Below are positions 24,501 through 36,269 of a stretch of DNA of 64,000 nucleotides, piece after piece. The position numbers and the translations under genes were made by a program. The notes beneath the pieces were generated by a model, which was given only the letters and a program-made list of their open reading frames with translations, was not told the DNA's origin and did no database searches. The number at the start of each line of letters is the position of its first letter. The stretch's first letter is position 1. Origin of the DNA: Caecitellus pseudoparvulus (lineage: Eukaryota; Protista; Bigyra: Bicosoecida); the NCBI GenBank assembly GCA_965644315.1, contig CBFFRQ010000057.1, positions 1 to 64,000 of the forward strand, written 5' to 3'.

Positions 24501-27500
24501 CGCCAGGCGCTGGCGGCTGCCGAGGCGTCCAGGGATGCGCTGCAAGCCAAGGCTGCGTCTGACGGCGCCACGGCTGCAGCTGCTCGCTCAGACACGCATG
24601 CCATCATGACCAAGCTGGTGGAAAAGACCGAAGCGCGGCTTCGCGCACACCATGCTGAGGCACTTGCGCGCGCCAAGGCAGATGCTGAGCTGGCACAGGC
24701 CAGTGCTGTGGACGCAGCCGTTGCCAAGACCGCCTCTGCGGCACGGGCCACCCTCGCTCGGACAGTTGCTGCAGAGGTGGCGGCTGCAACTGAGCGCCTG
24801 CAGGCGGCAGCTGACGCAGAGAAGGATGCAGCAGTCAAGACGGCTGTCAAGACAGCTGTGGGTGCTGCCGAGAAACAGCACGCTGCCAACATGACGGAGA
24901 TCGAGGCCAAGCACGAAGCAGAGCTTGCGCGGTTGATTGCGGCACACCAAGCAGCGCTGGCTGATGCGACGCGGGATAGCGACGCTGCCCGAAGCCAGGC
25001 CTCCAGTGAGACCAAGGCGCTCGTTGCCGAAGCTGAGGCGCGCATCGCGAGCGACTGGTCCAAGAAGCTGCAGCAGGCTGAGAGGGAAGCGGCCGAGACA
25101 CAAAGTGGCTTGCAGGAGCAGCTGGACCGCGCCACGGCTCAGCTGGCCGACGCCCGGCGGGACCTGGCTGCGACCAGCAGCCAAGTGGAGGCCCTTCGCT
25201 CTGCAAGGGACGCAGCCGAGGCGGACGCAGAAGCTGCCCGCAGCGCCATTGAACGTGGCACGTCAGACTTGGCACAGCTGCGGTCTTCAAACGCTGACCT
25301 GCGAGAGAGGCTGCAGGAATCGATGAGCAGCTCTGCTCTGCAGGTGTCAGAAGCGCGTGGCGAGGCGGCCGAGGCGAAAACCTTGCTGTCCGAGGCGGAA
25401 GCCAAGTGCACCAGGTTGAAGGCAGAGCTGCAAGCAGTGCAAGCGGCCCACTCGCGTCTGGAAACCCGCCTGGCCCAGGAACAGGAACACCACACGGCGG
25501 CTCTAGCTGCGATTAAGGCTGATGCTGCAGCTGCTCTGGAAGAGGCGGTGAATGCCGCGAGGGCAGATGTGAGCGCTGGCGCAGATACCGCTGTTGCAGC
25601 GCAGAAATCGGCGCTTGCTGCAGCGAGCGAGCGGAACACAGCGCTTGCAGCAACTCTCGCTGAGGTCAGAGAGGAACTGCACGCTTCTCGCCTGAAGGCG
25701 GACGAGGAACTCTCTTCTCGCATTGCGCGCTTGCGTGAAGAGGAGGCAGCCCGCAGAGAATCTGCAGTGCAGGCTGCCGTGCAAGACACCCGCGCTGAGT
25801 TGGAGGCAGCCCACTCCAGGGCCATCACCTCAGTGAAAGCTGAGCTCAAGGCGAAGCACCAGGCTGTACAAGAGGCCGAAGTGCAGGCAGTGAGGGAAGA
25901 GGTGGAGGCAGCGTGCCTTGCTGATGCTGAAGAAAAGCTGCGCAAGGCACTTGCCTCGGCCAAGCAAGAGGCAGCAAGTGAACTCCGCAAGCGTGTGGTG
26001 GAGGTGAGACAAGAAGCGGAAGCAGATGCAGCCGAGGAACGCGACTCTGCCGTTAAGTTCGCTGTGGAAGAGGCACAACGCAGCTTGAGGGCAGCCTTGC
26101 AACGGGAGCATTCCCAAGCTCTGGCTGACCTGGAAGCAAAGAATAGCGTGGCCCTTGAAGAGCGGGTGGCACACTTGCAAGCAGAGCATGTTCGAATTCT
26201 GTCAACCCTGAAGAGTGAATTGGATACATTGAAGAAGGAACATTCTAAGAGTATCGAGCAAGCTCAGTCTGAGCGTGCAGCGGCGATCGAGGCCGCTGTG
26301 GCTGACGCCCGTGCGGCGGCGGTGGCTGAGGCACAGGTGACGGCGGAGTCTGAGCGTGCGGCGGCGATCGAGGCCGCTGTGGCTGACGCCCGTGCGGCGG
26401 CGGTGGCTGAGGCACAGGCGACGGCGGAGTCTGAGCGTGCGGCGGCGATCGAGGCCGCTGTGGCTGACGCCCGTGCGGCGGCGGTGGCTGAGGCACAGGT
26501 GACGGCGGAGTCTGAGCGCGCGGCGGCGATCGAGGCCGCTGTGGCTGAGGCCCGTGCGGCGGCGGTGGCTGAGGCACAGGCGACGGCGGAGTCTGAGCGT
26601 GCGGCGGCGATCGAGGCCGCTGTGGCTGAGGCCCGTGCGGCGGCGGTGGCTGAGGCACAGGCGACGGCGGAGTCTGAGCGTGCAGCGGCGATCGAGGCTG
26701 CTGTGGCTGACGCCCGTGCGGCGGCGGTGGCTGAGGCACAGGCGACGGCAGAGTCTGAGCGTGCAGCGGCGATCGAGGCCGCTGTGGCTGACGCCCGTGC
26801 GGCGGCGGTGGCTGAGGCACAGGCGACGGCAGAGTCTGAGCGTGCAGCGGCGATCGAGGCCGCTGTGGCTGACGCCCGTGCGGCGGCGGTGGCTGAGGCC
26901 CGTGTGACGGCGGAGTCTGAGCGTGCGGCGGCGATCGAGGCCGCTGTGGCTGAGGCACAGGTGGCGGCGGAGTCTGAGCGTGCGGCGGCGATCGAGGCCG
27001 CTGTGGCTGACGCCCGTGCGGCGGCGGTGGCTGAGGCACAGGCGACGGCGGAGTCTGAGCGTGCAGCGGCGATCGAGGCCGCTGTGGCTGACGCCCGTGC
27101 GGCGGCGGTGGCTGAGGCACAGGCGACGGCGGAGTCTGAGCGTGCAGCGGCGATCGAGGCCGCTGTGGCTGACGCCCGTGCGGCGGCGGTGGCTGAGGCA
27201 CAGGCGACGGCGGAGTCTGAGCGTGCAGCGGCGATCGAGGCCGCTGTGGCTGACGCCCGTGCGGCGGCGGTGGCTGAGGCACAGGCGACGGCAGAGTCTG
27301 AGCGTGCGGCGGCGATCGAGGCCGCTGTGGCTGAGGCCCGTGCGGCGGCGGTGGCTGAGGCCCGTGTGACGGCGGAGTCTGAGCGTGCGGCGGCGATCGA
27401 GGCCGCTGTGGCTGAGGCCCGTGCGGCGGCGGTGGCTGAGGCACAGGCGACGGCGGAGTCTGAGCGTGCGGCGGCGATCGAGGCCGCTGTGGCTGAGGCC

Positions 27501-30500
27501 CGTGCGGCGGCGGTGGCTGAGGCACAGGCGACGGCAGAGTCTGAGCGTGCGGCGGCGATCGAGGCCGCTGTGGCTGAGGCCCGTGCGGCGGCGGTGGCTG
27601 AGGCACAGGCGACGGCGGAGTCTGAGCGTGCGGCGGCGATCGAGGCCGCTGTGGCTGACGCCCGTGCGGCGGCGGTGGCTGAGGCCCGTGTGACGGCGGA
27701 GTCTGAGCGTGCGGCGGCGATCGAGGCCGCTGTGGCTGACGCCCGTGCGGCGGCGGTGGCTGAGGCACAGGCGACGGCGGAGTCTGAGCGTGCGGCGGCG
27801 ATCGAGGCCGCTGTGGCTGAGGCCCGTGCGGCGGCGGTGGCTGAGGCCCGTGTGACGGCGGAGTCTGAGCGTGCGGCGGCGATCGAGGCCGCTGTGGCTG
27901 ACGCCCGTGCGGCGGCGGTGGCTGAGGCACAGGTGACGGCGGAGTCTGAGCGCGCGGCGGCGATCGAGGCCGCTGTGGCTGACGCCCGTGCGGCGGCGGT
28001 GGCTGAGGCCCGTGTGACGGCGGAGTCTGAGCGTGCGGCGGCGATCGAGGCCGCTGTGGCTGACGCCCGTGCGGCGGCGGTGGCTGAGGCACAGGCGACG
28101 GCGGAGTCTGAGCGTGCAGCGGCGATCGAGGCCGCTGTGGCTGACGCCTTGGCTGCTGTCGTGCACACCTCTGGTCATAGGCTTGAGCCTGAGTCAGCTC
28201 CCGAGGCACAAGTAAGCGGTCAGGACGCAGATGCTGCTGCTCCTCTTGAAGGTCAGGTCGTGTTGCCTGCCGAGGGAGATGGCTGGGAAGGTTGGGACAT
28301 TGACACAGGCTCAGCGGGGTCGCCCTCACCTCTGGCTGATCAGCCTGCTGAGGACCAGGCTGTGTGTGAAGTGTGTGCCGACATGGCGCCTCATTTGACG
28401 AAGCTGCTGCAACTGGTGAAACGGGCCGAAACTAACGCAGCTGAGCTGCAGGCCTTGCCCCAAGCGTGCACTGAGCTGGCCGAGAAACTCCTCACGGACG
28501 GTGCTGCGAAGGCTGCATCAGCATGGGAGAGACCCAGCTCCACGCGCCTGGACCAAGAGGCTGCCGAGGGGGGGACTGTGCCCGTCAGGTCTCAGTCCTT
28601 GCCGCGCTCTCGGTCGGGGTCTGTGCCGCGCCCCAAGGGGCGCAGGTCGCTTCCGCCGATGCCCTCAGGTGCGGTGGTCGTGGAGACCAGCCCGAGAAAG
28701 GCCGTTCCTCCGAACATTCGGGAGGCATACGGGGCCCACATCAAGCTCCTCATGCACCAGCTGGCAGAGCAAGAGGCTGAGATCTTCCTCCTCCGCAACT
28801 CCATGGCGGAAATGGGCACTGAGTCAGAGACGGGCGCTTCTGTTGCCGACAGCATCCCGCGTTCGTGCCTCGGACCTGGGCACTCCTTTTCCCCACCTTT
28901 CCGGCAAGGCACCGCCGGCGAAGGAGATGATGACGAGGTGGATATTCTGACGCATTCACCAGCGCATTCAGACAGCTGGCAGGCTGAGGCGCCAGCAGTG
29001 CAGGTTCCCGAGGGGGGCACTTGGCTGGACCGGGGAGTGTACGTGCTGCCTGATGGACAGCAGTGGCGCCGCCTCTCTTCTCCTCGTGCTCCCGAGGCTG
29101 TTGTGGGAGACATCCCCGTGGAGCGGGTGCCCTCCGTGGAACGTTTGTCCGTGGTTTGGCATGATGGTAGTCTGGTCGATGTCATTTCCCCCCCAGATTC
29201 ACCCCTCCGCCCAGCGGCTGGACAAGCAGCGCAAGCCGAAGGTACCAGCGTATCCAGCCAAAGCACGGGCCCTTCCAAGGCCTCACACAGTACAGCAGAG
29301 GACGAGCACACCATGCCCGAAGCTGCAGAGAGCGCAAGCGAGCACAGTGCCAATGTTGGGCAGGGCTCGATGGCAGGGGAACACCAGGGCACCCTTGGGG
29401 ACGGTCAGGAACACAGTGCTTCTGGCACAGAGAGTGGAGATGGCTGGTCGGATTCAGGTGACTTTGATGACCACCTTTCGTCGTCCACCGCGTCAGGGCA
29501 AGCGCCCGATAGGGATGACGAACTGGAGCCAAGCTTGCCAGGTGATCGAGCGGTCACGAGCGATGGAGAAGCCGAACCCCCCGCACGTGAAGAACCTGGA
29601 GCACCAGAAGACAGCTCAGCCGCTGCGCAGGGTGCCGAGCAAGGCGACGCTGCAGTTGATGACACTCCCGTGTACCCCCCTGAAGGGCTGTGGATTACGG
29701 CACTTTATTTCGTGGACGGGCTCGGAGTTCACTACCACCGGGGTGACGCGGCATCTCCCTGGACCGAAGTGCCAGATGAAGATAGAGTTCGGCTCGTCTT
29801 CGCGAACGGCCAGTTGGTGTCGACGCTCCCACCTAAGGGGCCACCATCTCCGAAACACGGGAGCACCGGTGCGCCCGAAGTCGCACCCCCTCCGCCGCCA
29901 ACACCGCCACCTCCTCCCAGGCCCAGCTCGCCTGCATCAGCCACCTCACAGGTCGATGCTGCGACGCGCACGGAGACTTCTGACGATGCGGATCAACCAC
30001 CCCACGTCGCTGCCGAGAGTGCTGGACAGAAGCCAAGACCTGGTGCTGAGTTGGAGGATTCAGCATCCTCGAGCCCGGACGACCGAGGGGATGGACAGGC
30101 CAGTGAGCATTTCTCGGAAGGAGGCGTTTCTGCCGCGCCGTCCGAAAGTGGCGGAGGTGCAGCGTCCCCCAGTACTTCCGGCGGCGCGTCAGATGCAGAT
30201 GCCCTGCCGGTGGAGGCTCCAGACCTTGGAGTGCAGCTTGAAGGCTCAGTGGTCGGCTTCGTGCCTTCTGATCCGGACGGCAGCGCAGGCGCGGACGCGG
30301 CGGACGATGCGCAAGGTGGTATGAAGCCCAGTACATTGGAGCGGGCTGCTGCTGCCTTGACTGAAGAGGACATGAAGGCGATTGTGCCAGCACAGGGGCT
30401 GTGGCTGGACCAGGACTACTACATGGATGGCATGCTGCAGCACTGGCACCGTGAGACAGGGCAGGCAGAATGGTCCGGCGTCCCCGCAGACTCCCAGCGC

Positions 30501-31955
30501 TGGGATGAGGTCAGGGAGATGCTGGCGGCACTGCGGGCTGAGCAGGCGGCGGCAGAAGCTGCCACTCCCCTGCCGCATACCTCGGGGTCGCCTCGACCTG
30601 GCACGGCAGGCGGCGACGATGCCGAGGCGCCAGAGGAGAGCGACGCCCCGAACATCCCCCCCAGCGGCATGTACTTGTCTCAAGCGTACTTCATTGATGG
30701 AACAGGTGTGCACTGGGGCTGCGAGCCGGGGACAGGGGAGTGGAACGAGGTGCCCCAGTCCAAGCGCTTCCAGCTTGTGTGGCGGGACGGCCAGCTTGTG
30801 GACACGCTGTCCCCGCCAGAGTCAGAGGCGGGCAGCGTGGCTGGCGATGAGACTGCCTCTGCGGAAGGCGATAAAGCCGGCTCTGACGCAGGCGGGGAAG
30901 GTGGGTCGCGTGGGGGTGGCACCCCTCCCCCTGCGATGGAGTCGGAGGGTGTCCCCGTATCGCCAGTGCTGCCCATCGGCCCGCCTGAGGAGGCAGATGA
31001 GGAGGGCGAGCAAGAGGGCGAGGGTGGCGCGGCCGCCGGTGGGGCGGCTGACGAGGAGGAGGAGGACTCGCCGCCCCCTGTCATGCCGGCCTTCTTCAAC
31101 CCGTCAGCCATGGCGCAGAAGCCTGCAGCCGACGAGGACACAGCTGGTGGTGACCAAGACACGGCCCCCTTCGACGTGTCAGGCCTCGCACAGCTGCAAA
31201 CGGGACAGGCACCCTCCCCGGCCCAGCCGCCGCAGTCCAGTCGGTTCTGGGAGCAGGCTGCCGCTGCCGTGCAGTCCCAGTCTGCGCCCGCCTCCCCGGC
31301 GAAGGACGACGCTGAGAAGAGCCGGAACACGAGCGCGAACACGTCCACCAGCACAAGCATGTTGTCCTTCCTGCCGTCGTGGATGGGCGGCAGTTCAGGC
31401 GCGGGCGCGTCTGGCGCTGCGGACGACGGCGACGACATCCCCGACTGGCTGAAGGAGGAGCGGGCGGAGGGGGAGCTGGACCCAGACAGGCCGCCACCCG
31501 TCATCCCGGGCCTGCCCAGCGGGGACGCCGGTGTGACTGCTGGCGTGTCGCTGGACGCCTCGGCGCCGCTGGACGTGACGGGGCCCCCCTCCATGCCCAA
31601 CATGTTCTCTATGACAGGGGGCAAGGGCAAGGGCAAGGCACGCATGACGCGCTATGCGAACACTTTCACAGGCGCTGGCATGCTGCCGCCGGTGGGTGCC
31701 ACGCCGGCACCTTCCCCAGCCTCGACACCCGGCAGCGCAGGGGTGAAGAGCATGCCTGCCCCCCCCACAGCCGCGTCGGCACCCCCCCCCGCCGATGCGA
31801 ACGCCCCTCCCCCCATGCCTGGCGCAGAGGTCAGGGCTGTCAAACCAATCCGAGCACCTGCGACCGTGGAAGAGGGCGATGTCTCGGACGGCCAGTCGTC
31901 GTCAGATTCATCGGTTGGGTACCAGTCCGATGATGACTTGTACGACAACTTTTGA
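21529..31955 (+). CDS. Very large (~3430 aa) coiled-coil protein with central 27-aa tandem array and Pro/acidic C-terminal region containing a 4-copy unknown module
   Basis: ATG 21529; introns 21602-21666 (65 nt) and probably 21798-21863 (66 nt, in frame). Long Ala/Glu/Arg/Leu helical segments to ~26260; single ORF to 31955. Confidence 0.85.
26268..28147 (+). repeat. Coding minisatellite, 81-bp unit (AESERAAAIEAAVADARAAAVAEAQAT), about 23.5 copies
   Basis: tctgagcg anchor from 26268 to 28107 spans 1839 nt = 22 x 81 + one 57-bp unit lacking 8 codons; variants limited to a few sites (D/E, QAT/QVT/RVT). Confidence 0.95.
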
Positions 31956-32150
31956 GCAGCACTTCCAGCGGCAGAGCAGTTGTTCGGGGCTCTCACCCGT
32001 CACGCAAAATACACAACACAATAGTCCTGTCTCACACCTGAAGGTTGGCTGATCCAGTCTGCCCTTGCAACCTGTTCTGGGCCCGCAGCCGTCGGCAGGG
32101 AGCTGTGCCGGCACCAGCGAGGTGCGCCACGTAAAGGATCGTGCAGCGCG

Positions 32151-35100
32151 ATGGATTCCTTCTTTGACGCTTTCGACGACGATGAGGACACTCCATTGAT
32201 GACACGCAAGCTTCGTCCAAGTATCATCGACTTGCATGCCGTTCAAGTCGCCGTGTTCGAGTCTGATGCAGAATCCATTGCCGCAGCCCGCAACACTTGG
32301 GCAGGGCACGTACGTGGCAGCACACTGAGCCTCCATCACTGCTGAATACTTTATGCATGCATGCTTTGTCCTTCTCGGTGCAGGAGAGTGCGGGGACTCC
32401 GTGGCATCGCCTCGTAGGGAAGGTGAGGGTTCGCTGTGCTGCGCGAACCGAAACGCCACTGAAACGCAAGCTTTCCCCTGCGCCTGCACAGACGTTGGAC
32501 CTTGCAGAGCAGCTTGTGGGCGCTGAACTCCTGGAGATTGTCCTCAACTCTCCCGTTGCCAAAGTTGTGCTGACGTGCCCTGGTGCATCTCCAGAGTGGC
32601 AGCCAGCTGAGCTCGGCGCTCTTGTGGCCCACCTTCGAACCACGGCGACGCAGTATGTGGGCCAGAGCATCGCGGCCGGTGAAGAGGAGGACACATACGT
32701 GGACGACGAAGACATCTGCCCTCCATCACACCTTGCGCTGCATGTCGTGTGGCTGGCTGCTGCATGCGTGCAGCTGTTCATGCAGACCAACTGGACGGGG
32801 CCTGAGCTGGACCCGCGCCAAGAACACGCACTGCAAACCATGCCCATGTTCGCACCGTGGGTGGCCAAGCATGCCTCTGTACTCTTGGAGCCGCCTGCTG
32901 CTGTGGAGGCCTTCACGCCTCTGGGCTCCACCTCCCTCAGCTCTGCAGTGGTGGCCCCCGCAGCCAGTGACGCTGGGCGCAAGTCGACGGGAGCCACTGC
33001 CCCTCCAGACACGAAGTCGGCTGAGAACATCCGACAGCGAGCCATCCGCACCCTGCACTCGGCCTGCGTCACAGGGCTGGCCGTGGACGGCATGGACGCG
33101 TATGATCTGCTCAGCACTCCGCAGGTGCTCCTCGTGGCCCGAGCTCTACTCACCGCCGTGGCCCCACTTGAATCCTGCATCCCCTCTCTGCCCCAGGGCC
33201 TGCAGTCTGCCGTGCGCGCTGACCTCCCGCCGCCGCCGTCCTCTGGCTCGCCACGCGTGCACCCCTTGCTCTTGCCGCCCCTCACGCCCGAGCAGGCGGA
33301 CTGCGTGGCGGCCTGCAAAGCTTCACTGAGTGCCCACTGGTGGAGTTTGCGCCTCGCTGCGGTGCACCAGCAATCACTGGTTGACCAAGCCCCCAGCGGT
33401 ACCCTGCTGTCCGCGGCATTGACTCATGCCTGCCTGGCGGGGACCACCCTTGGCATGGACCACCCTCAACTCGGCGCCTTTGTTCCGGGTGATTCCTGGA
33501 ACAAGGACCTCGTCAAGGAAGTGCTGGCGTCCACTGCCACCCGTGTGGATGACACTGCAGCGGCCGGGGCCGGTGACGCCACTGCGAGGCAGGCAGTGGA
33601 TGCCATGTCCAGCGGCCTGGACCAGCTTGGACCCGAGGCAGCCTTCCGTCGCCGGCGCCTGTGGAGCCGGCTGCTGTTGGAGTGGGGGCAGGTGCAGGTG
33701 CACGGAGGGCGGCTGGGGGCAGCCAAGACCACCTTCTTCGTGGCGAAGGGCGTGTCGGGCCTGTGGACGCACCTGACGGGGGCCCTCGGGCGCCGCACAA
33801 AGTACCAGAAGTTCGATGTGTCGCAGCTCGTGCTGCGAGCTGCGTCCTTGCCTGCGCCGCCTGGCTTGCAGGCTCTGGACCACAGCGTCTCGGCCCCTGC
33901 GCTGGGGGCTGGGAACGTGGCTGCGCAGGACGAGCCTGGTGCTGTTGCTCCCCAAGCCACAGCGGAGGAAGATGCCCCCACGAAGCCCCCTGCTGCTGCT
34001 CCAGAAGGGACCACTGCTGCTTCCGCTGCAGGCGGTGCTGCTGTGGCTGGCGCAGCCCCGGCCGAGGAGGGACAGGGCGGCACAGGGGAGGAGGACCCTG
34101 GTTCGGCCGCAGCCGTGTCGCGGCGCATTGTGGATGCCGGAACCGTGAACAGGCTGGGCATCGCTGACGTGCAACTGGATGGCTTGGACGAAGACAACAT
34201 CCTGCTTGAAAAGATGGACCTTGCAGAGGACAGGGGCGAAGCAGCGCCGGTCCAGCGTGTGTTCCCGCCTTGGTACGACGGCGAGTGGGCCGCGGCACAC
34301 AGCATCGAGGCACCCGTGGAAGGCCCGCCCCGTGCTCCAGAAGCAGCAGCCCAGCCAGCTATGGAAGGCTTCCTTGCGTCAACGGCAGACGGGCACGTGT
34401 CCACCCTGGACCAGGCCATCCTGTGTGCCCTGTGCCTTGACATCAAGAACAACAACCCAGACGACGGCTTGACGCAGGAAGAGATGCGGTCGTACACGGC
34501 GCGTGTGCTGGCTGCTCCGCAAAACTGGATGGTGTACTCAACAGCTCTGCTCACCAAGTCTTGGCTCGAGTATGCAAACCACCGTACTCTGGAGCGTGCG
34601 CTGCTGCAGATGCAAGTCCTGGTGGATCAGTACAGCAACCGACTCACGCCCCTGCAGTTCTCTCAGCGCGTCATTGACGAGTCAGCCCCCGCCTGGGATC
34701 GCCTGCGGTACATGCATGCTCTCGTGTTCCCGGCCAGGTGGGCGCTGAAGCGGCAGCTGGCTGATCGCTACAAGGCCATGCACGTCGTGCGGTCGGCCCT
34801 GGGCCTGTACCAAGAGCTGGAACTGTGGGACGAAGTGATTGACTGCTACATCATGCTTGAGAAGCCCAAGCGCGCAAAGGCGCTGCTGGAGGAGCGCCTT
34901 GCCATCGCCCCGACGCCCCGTCTACTGTGTCGATATGGCCAGGTTACTGACACTGACCAGCCGTACGTAGACGCCTGGGAGCTGAGCCAAGGCACCTATG
35001 CAGCAGCCCAGCTGTCCCTGGCTCGACGATACTACAACCGGGAGGAGTGGGATGCCTCCGCTGCTGCGTTTGCCAAGGGCACAGCCCTCTCCCGCCACAA

Positions 35101-36238
35101 CGACGCAGACTTCATGACGCTGGGCACGGTGCACATGAGGCGCATGGACATGCCTGCGGCAATCTCTGCATTCACCCGGGTCGTGAGCCTGACCCCAGAC
35201 CACGGGATCGCATGGGCCAACATGGGTGGATGCCTCGTGCACTTGGAACGATACCGCGAGGCGTATGAGGCGCTCGTGCAGGCATCCAAGTACCGGCGCA
35301 CAGACTGGAAGGTGTGGCACAACCTCATGCGTGTGTCCTTGGTCACGCGTGCGTACTTCAAGGCCATCGCAGCCATGAAGCACATGGCGAACCTTGTGCA
35401 CCAAGACCCGTCTCGGCAGAACCAAGGGGTTGATGAAAAGCTCCTGAAGTACCTCGTTGCAGTGGTGTCAGAAGACGTGCAGCGGCATCGGTCAGAGTTG
35501 GCTGCTGAGCCAGCCACACCATCTTCAACTCAGCCTGAAGAGGCTGCGCGCGCAGACACCACCAGCTCTACCCCACGTGAAGAAGGCGGGGGTGGGGAAG
35601 ATGATGATGGGGCCGTGCTACCAACGTTGCCTGCTGGGTTGGACGATGAAGAGGAAGTGGAGCCGGGCGCCGACGGTGATGACATCCTCCGCTCCCTCGG
35701 CACAGACGGCCTCCTGCATGCGAGGCTGAGCACCCGACCCGCCGCTGCACCTGTGGAAGAGACCCTGCCAGTAACGGCACGGGACATGCTGCACAACCGG
35801 GCCCACCTGTATCAAGGCTCTGTGTTCCGACTCCTTCAGCACCTGACTGGCGCCCTCCCAAATCGCGCAGAAGTGTGGCACATCTTCGAGATGTTTGAGC
35901 GAGCGAGGGGCCGTGATGCGGAGGCCTTGGAGTGCTTGCAAAAACACGTGCGTGCTCTCATGTCAGGATCGTGGGACAGGCACAAGGAGCAGGTAGAGGC
36001 TGCCTGCACAGCTTCCAAGCGGCTCGTAGCGGCCCTGCACGAGGAAGGGTCTGCCGCCAGCATTTCCAACGCTGTCATGCACGTTCGCAACCTTGTAGCT
36101 CGCCTGGATGCGCGCAAGGCGTTCCATGACTTGCCTGTTGTGGCTGAGCTCCAGGCGATGACTGCGCCCATCGAAGAGGCGTACGCGGCACTTCGAAGCG
36201 GCGGCGCGGGTGGTGGTGGTGGCTCTGCCGCCGAGTAG
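32151..36238 (+). CDS. TTC27: TPR protein TTC27/Emw1 homolog
   Basis: ATG 32151; introns 32310-32383 and probably 32423-32491. Family motifs FMQTNWTGP, LTGALGRRTKYQKFDVSQLVL, GLTQEEM, NWMVYSTALL, ERALLQMQVLVDQ, ELELWDEVIDCY, followed by TPRs (AWANMG, WKVWHN). Confidence 0.88.
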
Positions 36239-36269
36239 GTTCACACGGAGGAATGCATGCATTAGACCC

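Noticed and set aside
26268-28147. 81-bp array as a CRISPR array or non-coding satellite
   Set aside because: No unique spacers, no cas genes, eukaryotic context, and it is in frame within a long CDS.
26202-28329. Three long minus-strand ORFs (634-694 aa) over the array
   Set aside because: A by-product of a stop-free repeat unit; they end at the array boundaries.
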